Shown: piece by piece, positions 35,457-42,925 of the stretch
How the letters are laid out: every line of letters begins with the position of its first letter
Position numbering within the stretch: position 1 is the first letter of the stretch
DNA from: Candidatus Micrarchaeaceae archaeon
GTDB lineage: Archaea > Micrarchaeota > Micrarchaeia > Micrarchaeales > Micrarchaeaceae
Direction: 5' to 3'
Length of the DNA: 64,000 nt
Assembly (NCBI GenBank): GCA_050749665.1
Contig: JBOGRY010000018.1
Coordinates: forward strand, 152,206-216,205
Notes under the pieces: generated by a model
What the model saw: only the letters and a program-made list of their open reading frames with translations
Databases searched by the model: none
Told to the model about the DNA's origin: nothing
Position numbers and translations under genes: made by a program

Positions 35457-35717
35457 TCAGCGCTTAGGTTCAATCTCAGCGTTCACTATTATCGTCTGGT
35501 CTACGTTTCTTACCCGTTCGTATCTTACGCTGTTCTTTGCGAACTCCCTTGAGGTGTGGTCGCTCCTTATGAGTTCCTCCGACTTTATGAGAAGCATGCT
35601 TGCTACCTTTCCATCTTCGAAATCCACAACTATGTCTTCGACAGATCCTAGTATGGAGCCCGTGTTGCTTATTATCTGCTTGCCATAAAGCTCTGAAATG
35701 AGAATCGTATCTACCAT
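35457..35717 (-). CDS. PRC-barrel domain protein
   Basis: 86 aa. 'ISELYGKQIISNTGSILGSVEDIVVDFEDGKVASMLLI' matches the PRC-barrel pattern. Confidence 0.65.
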   Translation of the reverse strand: MVDTILISELYGKQIISNTGSILGSVEDIVVDFEDGKVASMLLIKSEELIRSDHTSREFAKNSVRYERVRNVDQTIIVNAEIEPKR

Positions 35718-35726
35718 GAAATCACC

Positions 35727-36263
35727 CTACTTTATACACATAACCTTTTTGGATGCAAAGATTCTTATTATGTAGTTATTAAGCTCGTCAACGAAAGCGT
35801 TTCGGTCCTTTCCCATCTCTGAAATCTCCCCGCCGTTGAAAAGGCCGCTGTTGTTATCTATCAAATATTCGAGGTAGTCCCTTGTCATGAAGTAGCTGCT
35901 TGTCCTGCAGCTGCTGCAATAGTAAAGCGGCATGATCGGAACGTCATCCCTGCTTGCGAAGGCCTCTGCATGCCTTACTAGATCCATGCCGTTGCACTTC
36001 GGGCAGGCCTTGTTGAGCTTTACGCCATTGTACTCGGTTTCCATAATAGAGGATATGCCTGAATCAGACATAGCCATGCTCATCACGGCGTCCATCGATA
36101 CGGATGGGTCATGCAGGCGCTGAAGCAGTATGGCGCCATCGCCATTGAATAGTGTCTCAAGTATGCCCCTTCTCCTCGCCTCCCAAAGAATAGTGCGTTT
36201 CCCGCCTTCTCTTTCGTATTCCATCTTGGTGCTGCCCTTCCCGTTCCTTGAAAGCATAGCCAC
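35727..36263 (-). CDS. Hypothetical Zn-ribbon protein (CPKC...CSSC)
   Basis: 178-aa ORF with the metal-binding Cys pairs 'ACPKCNG' and 'YYCSSCRT'. An alternative start is at 'MEYEREGG' (36224). Confidence 0.45.
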   Translation of the reverse strand: MAMLSRNGKGSTKMEYEREGGKRTILWEARRRGILETLFNGDGAILLQRLHDPSVSMDAVMSMAMSDSGISSIMETEYNGVKLNKACPKCNGMDLVRHAEAFASRDDVPIMPLYYCSSCRTSSYFMTRDYLEYLIDNNSGLFNGGEISEMGKDRNAFVDELNNYIIRIFASKKVMCIK

Positions 36264-36275
36264 ACTGCCTTCCGT

Positions 36276-36497
36276 CTAGTCACCCTCCATCAATCGATAC
36301 GTTTCGACGTCCTCCTCGGTGATTGTGTCCCTCTTATTGCTCTTCGCCCTCTTTACCGCGTATTTCGCTATCCTCTTGGCCTTGCCCTCAAGTATCCTCG
36401 CTATCGCGGCAGCAGCCCTGTCGCTTATTATGAAGTCGGGATTGGAGCTGTTCTTTATTATCTTCTTTATCGTTGAATTAGGTATATCACGCATCAA
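36276..36497 (-). CDS. Archaeal histone (HMf-like histone fold)
   Basis: 'IPNSTIKKIIKNSSNPDFIISDRAAAAIARILEGKAKRIAKYAVKRAKSNKRDTITEEDVE' parallels HMfB ('[59 protein letters not shown]'). Confidence 0.75.
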   Translation of the reverse strand: MMRDIPNSTIKKIIKNSSNPDFIISDRAAAAIARILEGKAKRIAKYAVKRAKSNKRDTITEEDVETYRLMEGD

Positions 36498-36632
36498 CGC
36501 ACCGTTCAGAACTCAAGATCCTCCTCATAGCAATGTTGCTCGGCAATGCAGATCATCACCCTACTATCTAGAATCTCAATAATAAATATGTTGCTGTCAG
36601 ATTATATACCGATAATGCTGATATTAACTGAT

Positions 36633-36718
36633 GCTGGGGTCGCCTAGTGGTAGGGCGGCAGCCTGCTAAGCTGTTTAGCTAGAAATGGCTTCTGTGGGTT
36701 CGATTCCCACCCCCAGCG
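36633..36718 (+). tRNA. tRNA-Ser (anticodon GCT), class II with a long variable arm
   Basis: The sequence reads GCTGGGG-TC-GCCT-AGTGGTA-GGGC-G-GCAGC-CTGCTAA-GCTGT-[19-nt variable arm]-GTGGG-TTCGATT-CCCAC-CCCCAGC-G. All stems pair, with one G:U. A TATA-like 'ATTATATA' lies about 26 nt upstream. Confidence 0.9.
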
Positions 36719-36797
36719 GACCAAAAACCTAAAGGAAAGGATATTAAAATTAAATGCAGCCTTCATTATATTAAAAGGGAAAACTTCTGGTCAGGAT

Positions 36798-37856
36798 ATG
36801 GGCATAGTTGCAGATATAATACTACTTGTGCTTATCGTCATAGTCGTTGCAGTTTTCTGGCCAAAGATATCCGCATTCCTGCAGATCGCAGGCACGCTTG
36901 TATCAAATAAGGTCAACGGATACAACTTCAGCTTCCCGAATTCCTCCTCTGCGGCGCTTTCTACCCAGTTAATCAACGACGGCCCCCTGGTCAATTACAC
37001 GCTTGCGCTTATAAACAAGGACAGGGAAACCTACAACCTCTCGAACGTCACGCTGTCCCAGACAGCATCCGCGCAGCAGCATGCCGATTCGATGATGCAG
37101 TACGACTACTTCAGCCACTGGGACATATACGGAATGAAGCCATACATGCGCTACACCCTCGTAGGCGGCACCGGGGCGATGCAGGAGAACATAGCGTACA
37201 TGAAGTCCGGCATCAAGACATGCATAGGAAGCCTGTGCACAGTATACGGCAACCTAAACATCACGGCTGCCTTGCAGCAGATGGAATACAACATGATGTA
37301 CAACGATTCGGTGTGCTGCAACAACGGCCACAGGGACAACATCCTTGACGGCAACCACGACCAGGTGTCGATAGGCATAGCATACAACAGCACCTCTGCC
37401 TACTTAGTAGAAGACTTCATAAACAACTACATCACATGGCTCAATGACACCCCGAAGGTCAACGGCAGCAAGGTGACGCTCGAGGGGTCGGTAGATCCTG
37501 GGTACAACATATCCACAATAGAGGTTACATACGATCCTCCTGTGTCGCCAATGTCGGTGTACCAGCTGGACAACACGTCGGACTACAGCTACGGGCAGGC
37601 TATTGCCGGTGTGGTTGGAAACCCGCTTGACTACTACCCGTCCCTAAGCACGATAGTTGCGGATACATATTACACCAGGGCAAACGACTTCCTGGTCTCC
37701 TTCGACATAAGCAAGCTGACAGGCCATTACGGCGCCGGAGAGTATACCATTGCACTATGGCTCAATGGCACATATGCAAATAGCAGCTTCCTTGGCTCCA
37801 CCTACACCATATTCATAAACAGCAACGGCACGGCATATACGCCGTCAAACGTATAG
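36798..37856 (+). CDS. Membrane-anchored CAP/SCP/PR-1-like domain protein with a sequon-rich C-terminal domain
   Basis: The N-terminal anchor is 'IILLVLIVIVVAVFW'. 'INKDRETYNLSNVTLSQTASAQQHADSMMQYDYFSHW' matches the CAP (YkwD-like) motif (N..R...gl..L.....L...A..ha..M.....fsH), and a later 'GHRDNIL' is also present. Confidence 0.6.
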   Translation: MGIVADIILLVLIVIVVAVFWPKISAFLQIAGTLVSNKVNGYNFSFPNSSSAALSTQLINDGPLVNYTLALINKDRETYNLSNVTLSQTASAQQHADSMMQYDYFSHWDIYGMKPYMRYTLVGGTGAMQENIAYMKSGIKTCIGSLCTVYGNLNITAALQQMEYNMMYNDSVCCNNGHRDNILDGNHDQVSIGIAYNSTSAYLVEDFINNYITWLNDTPKVNGSKVTLEGSVDPGYNISTIEVTYDPPVSPMSVYQLDNTSDYSYGQAIAGVVGNPLDYYPSLSTIVADTYYTRANDFLVSFDISKLTGHYGAGEYTIALWLNGTYANSSFLGSTYTIFINSNGTAYTPSNV

Positions 37857-37872
37857 AGAAGCAATACAAGGA

Positions 37873-38172
37873 TCATGCCAGCATGTCGCCGAATGAGCGT
37901 ATGAAATACCTCATGGCGCACTTCAGCGAGTACCTCCCATCGGCAGTGATCGAGTAGACTATGGTCCTGCCGACCTTCCTGCCCTTTATCTGCCCGCGAG
38001 CGTTCAGCTCCTTAAGCGCAGGGTATATCGTGCCTGCCTTGGGCTTATCGCCCCTCCTCTTCTCTATCTCTTTTGCGATCGCATCGCCGTGCATGGGCCT
38101 CTTCGAAAGCAGGAACAGTATCTGGAACGAGAGAAGGCCGCGCATATCGCATCCGTAATGCTGCATGTTCAC
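37873..38172 (-). CDS. PadR-family transcriptional regulator
   Basis: 'LLSFQILFLLSKRPMHGDAIAKEIEKRRGDKPKAGTIYPALKELNARGQIKGR' is the PadR winged-helix signature. Confidence 0.8.
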   Translation of the reverse strand: MNMQHYGCDMRGLLSFQILFLLSKRPMHGDAIAKEIEKRRGDKPKAGTIYPALKELNARGQIKGRKVGRTIVYSITADGRYSLKCAMRYFIRSFGDMLA

Positions 38173-38186
38173 ACTTTTATTTGCCT

Positions 38187-38236
38187 TATATATAGGGCAT
38201 CATATATATTTAAATATCTATTGCCGCCCTATATAT
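38187..38236. promoter_or_regulatory. Perfect 11-bp inverted repeat (ATATATAGGGC-N27-GCCCTATATAT) in the divergent PadR / small-gene promoter; candidate operator overlapping both TATA boxes
   Basis: Read directly: 38188-38198 'atatatagggc' and 38226-38236 'gccctatatat' are exact reverse complements. The spacer is A/T-rich and contains 'TTTAAATA'. Confidence 0.6.
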
Positions 38237-38260
38237 CACTATGTATCGGACATCCGATAT

Positions 38261-38434
38261 ATGAGGCGTGAAATGTACGAAGATGGAACATACAGATGCG
38301 GGCGCGGCACGGGTTTTAGGGGATTCCTCACAAAGGAGGAACGCATAGAGCTCCTTAAGGAGTACAAGGAGTCGCTTGAGAAAGAGGCCAAGGGGGTCTC
38401 GGAAAGGATAAAGGAGCTGGAAAAGGGGAAGTGA
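38261..38434 (+). CDS. Small coiled-coil protein (DUF5320-like, tentative), divergent from padR
   Basis: 'MRREMYEDGTYRCGRGTGFRGFLTKEERIELLKEYKESLEKEAKGVSERIKELEKGK' has a Gly/Arg-rich N-terminus followed by a charged helix. Start placed at ATG 38261. The ORF-track start (38165) lies inside the promoter repeat. Confidence 0.4.
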   Translation: MRREMYEDGTYRCGRGTGFRGFLTKEERIELLKEYKESLEKEAKGVSERIKELEKGK

Positions 38435-38554
38435 ACGCTTCTCCTTCCTATTTCTTGATTTATAGCGCCGCACAGCTACGGTGCTTTTAATTCTTCGCAG
38501 AAAATATACAAGTGTCAGCACGGTCTTTTCGTAGAGTGTAAGATTGGGGATATT

Positions 38555-39538
38555 TTGGCTTTGCGCGTGGTAGAATACAGGCAGTTCGTGCAGATACTTG
38601 CAATGTTCATGATCGTGCAGTTCGTGGGCCTCCTTCTCGCAACGCAGATATTTACCGGTGCAGTATACAGCCAGATAAAGAGCGTACAGGTCGTGTCATC
38701 GTCCATCGACGCACTTTTTTATATAGCGTACATAATCATAGCCTCAGTGGTAATACTGCTGATATTCAAGGTGTACAAGGGCGACAAGCTGTTTTTGGTG
38801 CTCGAGGCGGTAGTAATCATCGGAGCGTCGTTCATAGTGTTCCTTGTTGCGATCGCATCGCTGCAAGGTGATGCATTCAACGCGCTTTTCGGGAATACCA
38901 GCATAGCGGTCTATGTAGCTGCACTGGCGCTGTCCATAGCGCTCATAATAGCAAAGTACAAGAAGCCCAGCCTAAGGAACACCACAGCCATGATAGCAAG
39001 CGTAGGCGTTGGCTTGGTGATTGGCACGAGCTTTAGCTTCCTCGTTGCAATGATATTCATGGTCATACTTGCAGTGTACGACTTCATAGCCGTGTTCATA
39101 ACCAAGCACATGATAGCACTTGGCAACATGGCCATAGAGAAGAACCTGTCGTTACTGGTCATGGTCAACGAGGTGGAAGCCGTCCCTCTCAGCTCGCTTG
39201 ACAGGAAGCAGCGCCTGGAATACGGGAAGCACAAGAAGGAAGCAGCGTACAACGGCAATATCCTAAAGGGCATAGTCGGCAGCGATATGGTGCCATTCTC
39301 GGCCAGGACGGCGCTAGGAACCGGGGACCTAGCAATGCCTCTTATGCTTGCCGTAGCATCCTACAAGGTAAACCTTAACTTCGTGCTGCCGTTCGTGATA
39401 ATATTCGGGGCAATGTTCGGGCTGATCCTGACGCTGTTCATACTAAGGAGATACAAGAGGGCGTTGCCAGCTATACCACCCATATTGTTCGGAATACTCG
39501 TATCAATGCTAATATATTTCATAATTATCCATGCATGA
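38555..39538 (+). CDS. Presenilin / signal-peptide-peptidase homolog (A22 intramembrane aspartyl protease, PSH-like)
   Basis: A polytopic protein carrying 'LAVYDFIAVFITKHM' (YD), 'ALGTGDLAMPLML' (GxGD) and 'ALPAIPPILFG' (PAL-like) in the canonical order. A TTG start is implied. Confidence 0.8.
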   Translation: MALRVVEYRQFVQILAMFMIVQFVGLLLATQIFTGAVYSQIKSVQVVSSSIDALFYIAYIIIASVVILLIFKVYKGDKLFLVLEAVVIIGASFIVFLVAIASLQGDAFNALFGNTSIAVYVAALALSIALIIAKYKKPSLRNTTAMIASVGVGLVIGTSFSFLVAMIFMVILAVYDFIAVFITKHMIALGNMAIEKNLSLLVMVNEVEAVPLSSLDRKQRLEYGKHKKEAAYNGNILKGIVGSDMVPFSARTALGTGDLAMPLMLAVASYKVNLNFVLPFVIIFGAMFGLILTLFILRRYKRALPAIPPILFGILVSMLIYFIIIHA

Positions 39539-39584
39539 CATTAAACTATAAAAGGCTGACATCCAAATTATACTGGGTGCACTG

Positions 39585-40559
39585 GTGGCAAGGGAAAACA
39601 GGGTAAGCATCAGCGCGGTGCTGGCGCTAGCCTCCGGGTTCGTCACGCTCCTCTACTCGTTCTACATAATGCAGAAGCTGTCCTATTCCATAGGCATCTA
39701 TTCAGGGATAGGTGGAACCATAAAGGCATTCAACATAACCAGCAGCTCCGCATCAAACACGCTGTCCAATTCGATTTCGCAACTGACCACTCTGGTGCTG
39801 GCGCTCCATATCTCATACGCGCTGCTTCCGTTTGCGGTTGTGATACTCGCCATAGGCATAATATGGCTGTTCGGCAGGACTTACTTCAAGCCTGCAGGCC
39901 TGGTGCTTGTCATAATATCAGCGATTTACATAGCCATACTTACGATACTGGAGTTCGACTTCAGCCTCACAAATACCTCCTATTTATCCGTAGCCGCGTA
40001 TTTAGGGGCAGCGCTCGCGCTTGCCGTTGGGATATACGCCATAGCGAGGATAGAGCGCCCGCACGTTTCAGCAAGAAGACCAATGCACCCGATATCAATA
40101 AACCCCGAAACGCCGTACTCCAACATGAAACTGCTCTCCAAGCGGCTCATGAGGAACCTAAGCGGCAGCATAAAGATAATAGATATGCACTTTGACATAA
40201 ACGCCCTGGACAACATGATGCAGCTCATCGGCAGCAACATGCAGCAGTACAAAAGCATATCAGTGATAACCGCCTCAAGCAGGCTTGGGGACAAGTTCGG
40301 CAAGTCCTATACGGACTCGAAAAACGAGCTCTCAAACAAGGGCATAGCATTCGAGCTTAGGGTATTGGGCACGGAAGACGCTGCGAAGCAGCACGAGCGC
40401 ATACTCATGGACGACAGCACAGCGTACAAGATACCTCCCCTCAACATAATAAACAAGAAGAGCGAACACATAGTCGGAATAAACTACAAGGAAGCAGAAT
40501 ACAGGTTCAACAGCCTGTGGTCAAAGGCAACGAAATACGAGAATCTAAGGGCTCCATAA
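39585..40559 (+). CDS. Membrane protein with a C-terminal single PLD-like (HKD-variant) domain
   Basis: The N-terminal half has about 5 TM helices. The C-terminal 'IKIIDMHFD...ISVITAS...GIAFELRVL...HERILMDDSTAYKIPPLN...EHIVGI...FNSLW' follows the topology of Nuc/PLD single-HKD domains, with H-x-R-x4-D in place of H-x-K-x4-D. GTG start lies after SD GGTG. Confidence 0.4.
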   Translation: MARENRVSISAVLALASGFVTLLYSFYIMQKLSYSIGIYSGIGGTIKAFNITSSSASNTLSNSISQLTTLVLALHISYALLPFAVVILAIGIIWLFGRTYFKPAGLVLVIISAIYIAILTILEFDFSLTNTSYLSVAAYLGAALALAVGIYAIARIERPHVSARRPMHPISINPETPYSNMKLLSKRLMRNLSGSIKIIDMHFDINALDNMMQLIGSNMQQYKSISVITASSRLGDKFGKSYTDSKNELSNKGIAFELRVLGTEDAAKQHERILMDDSTAYKIPPLNIINKKSEHIVGINYKEAEYRFNSLWSKATKYENLRAP

Positions 40560-40625
40560 ATACAAAAAAACGAAGCAGTTAGGATAAGTTTTTATACCTA
40601 TAATCATCTATATAATGTTGATTCT

Positions 40626-42452
40626 ATGAAAGGGTATATGCTGCTCCTAGTTGTAGTAGGGTTAGCGTTTGCGTCATATTCAAATGCGGCGGTCATAGGC
40701 ACATCATCGATAAGGGCTCCGGCAGTGCTGCTAAACAACAACACCGGCAGCCTAACCAACATAAGCCTTGTGATAACCAACGGAGACGGCACGGTCAAAA
40801 TGGTCGGGCCGCAGACAGTGGGCCAGTCAACGACACAGTCGGCGCAGACGGCAGCAGCATATGCCTCTATGTACACGAACCATAAATTCAACGACTATAA
40901 TTTCACATATACCATAAGCAACGCCGGGAACAACGTGTCAGGGCCTAGCGCGGGCGCCGCAATGACAATGCTTGCAATATCGGCTTTCGAGAACAGGCCG
41001 CTAAGGACAAACTTCACGATGACCGGCACCATATCCAGCAACGGCAGCATAGGCGAGATAGGCGGGGTATACGACAAGATAAGCGCGGCAAAGGCCGCTG
41101 GAATAAAGCTGGCACTCGTGCCAAAGGTCGCTGCGGATAATCAGGAGGACGAGCTGTACCTTCTTGTCCAGACCAACTTCGGCATGCCGCTCGTGCAGGT
41201 TGCAAACATATCGCAGGCTGCGTACTTCGCATTTAATAGTAACATAAACGGCAACGCGAACAAGACCACTTACGACTTCTATACCAATTACTACGTGGGG
41301 GCACTGCCTAACGCAAGCATAAGCTGCACCGAACTATGCAATGAGACGATATTCGGAAAGCTCCTAAACGACACGTTCAAGCTCACCAGGAACGAGATAA
41401 ACTCCCTAAACAACAATCCCAAGTTCTCAAACATAAGCTCGCAGCTGGGAATTGTCCTTAACCAGAGCGTAGAGATATCTGAGCACGGCTACATATACAC
41501 TGCCGCGGACCTTTCGTTCCTGGACTACGTCAACGCGTTCTATTTCAACGGCTACCCGTCAAACAGGTCCAGCGCGCTCGACTTGCTTGAAGGGGTGCAG
41601 AACTTCTGCAACACGCTTACGCCTCCTCCACTGACAGAGCAGAACTTCGATTACGTAATAAACGCCGAGCTAAGGCAGACATGGGGCACGTACACGATAA
41701 ATGCGACCATAAGCTCCTACAACACTTCGCAGATAGAGTCCGATGAGATACTCGACGAGCTCTACCTAGGGGCGCAGTCTGTGGGCTGGTGCAATGCGGC
41801 AAACCTAGTATACAACGAGTCGAACGTCAGCGGAACCTATGTGGCCCCATCAGTTGCCCTTAAGGCGCTCGCACAATCAAGGATAACGCGCGCAGCGCCG
41901 TATGGCAACAACCTGTATTTTGCAACTGCGCAGCAGGCCTACAGCATAGGCAACTATCCGCTTGCGATACTCGATGCGGACTACGCATATGCGCTGTCGT
42001 ATGCTGGCATAAACTCATCGTCGATGTCAACGCCATCGCTGCTTGCCGCATCGAAATCAGATTCCGCGAATTCAACCTACGGCGTATGGGCAACGGAGTT
42101 CGCCAAGGAGTCGCAGTTCTATTCTTACGAATCCTCAATTGCGAATAACTCCACGCAGGCAAACGGCTACGCCATAACGGCATATTCCTCGGCGCTGCTC
42201 GCGCAGCAGATAAGCAACGACACCATGAACATAAACAACAATCTTATAGTTACGCAGCAGCCCCAGTATCCACAAACAGGCATCGCCACGGGCTCATCAC
42301 CGCAGAGCGCCGAGAGCTATGTGATGATGTCCCAGGAAGCGGTATTGGCGCTCCTTGTAATAGTGATAATCCTGCTTGTAATAAATATGATAATGATGTT
42401 AATGGTAATGAAAAGCATAAACGCAAACAAATCTAAAAGAAGGAAGAAGTGA
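40626..42452 (+). CDS. Secreted Lon-protease-domain (S16, COG1750-like) serine protease with a C-terminal membrane anchor
   Basis: Signal peptide 'LLLVVVGLAFASYSNA' is present. 'VSGPSAGAAMTMLAISAF...TGTISSNGSIGEIGGVYDKISAAKAAGIKLALVP' carries the Lon Ser-Lys dyad context (GPSAG...K..AA..AG). A roughly 400-aa sequon-rich domain follows, then the C-terminal TM 'ALLVIVIILLVINMIMMLMVM' plus 'KSKRRKK'. Confidence 0.65.
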   Translation: MKGYMLLLVVVGLAFASYSNAAVIGTSSIRAPAVLLNNNTGSLTNISLVITNGDGTVKMVGPQTVGQSTTQSAQTAAAYASMYTNHKFNDYNFTYTISNAGNNVSGPSAGAAMTMLAISAFENRPLRTNFTMTGTISSNGSIGEIGGVYDKISAAKAAGIKLALVPKVAADNQEDELYLLVQTNFGMPLVQVANISQAAYFAFNSNINGNANKTTYDFYTNYYVGALPNASISCTELCNETIFGKLLNDTFKLTRNEINSLNNNPKFSNISSQLGIVLNQSVEISEHGYIYTAADLSFLDYVNAFYFNGYPSNRSSALDLLEGVQNFCNTLTPPPLTEQNFDYVINAELRQTWGTYTINATISSYNTSQIESDEILDELYLGAQSVGWCNAANLVYNESNVSGTYVAPSVALKALAQSRITRAAPYGNNLYFATAQQAYSIGNYPLAILDADYAYALSYAGINSSSMSTPSLLAASKSDSANSTYGVWATEFAKESQFYSYESSIANNSTQANGYAITAYSSALLAQQISNDTMNINNNLIVTQQPQYPQTGIATGSSPQSAESYVMMSQEAVLALLVIVIILLVINMIMMLMVMKSINANKSKRRKK

Positions 42453-42457
42453 TACAA

Positions 42458-42625
42458 ATGGGAATGTTACCTGGAAAAAAATGCAGCTCCTGCGGGCATC
42501 TTACGCACGAATATACCGAGTTCAAGTGCCCCAGCTGCGGCAAGGGACGAATAATAAGGGACAAGCACTGCAGGGAGATATCCAATACCTACAGATGCGA
42601 AGTATGCGGATTCGAGGGACCATGA
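42458..42625 (+). CDS. Zn-ribbon protein (COG2888-type, usually linked to aEF-1beta)
   Basis: Not in the ORF track (55 aa). 'CSSCGH...CPSCGKGRIIRDKHCREISNTYRCEVCGF' has four CxxC pairs. Its stop overlaps the aEF-1beta start (ATGATG). Confidence 0.65.
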   Translation: MGMLPGKKCSSCGHLTHEYTEFKCPSCGKGRIIRDKHCREISNTYRCEVCGFEGP

Positions 42626-42873
42626 TGTCCGATGTCGCCGTGCTGTTCAAGGTGTATCCGAAGGATGACATGCTTGACAGCTGTGTAAACAACATAAAGA
42701 AGGACATGAACCCTGCAGGCCTCCAGACTGAGGACGTTGCATTCGGCATAAAGGTGGTCAAGGTCGTATTCAAGTTCGATGATTCAAAGACCAGCTCCTC
42801 GAAGATAGAGGACGATCTAAGGAAAGTCAAGGGCGTTGGGGAAATAGAAGTAATGGAGGAAGGCCTAATATAG
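42622..42873 (+). CDS. ef1b: Elongation factor aEF-1 beta
   Basis: 'MMSDVAVLFKVYPKDD...AFGIKVVKVVFKFDD...DDLRKVKGVGEIEV' matches the aEF-1beta pattern (about 85-90 aa). The upstream part of the 131-aa track ORF is out of context because it overlaps the Zn-ribbon gene. Confidence 0.8.
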   Translation: MMSDVAVLFKVYPKDDMLDSCVNNIKKDMNPAGLQTEDVAFGIKVVKVVFKFDDSKTSSSKIEDDLRKVKGVGEIEVMEEGLI

Positions 42874-42925
42874 CCGACAATGGGCGCGCCATATAGATGC
42901 GCACTTGCGTTTATTGCGTGAAGTA

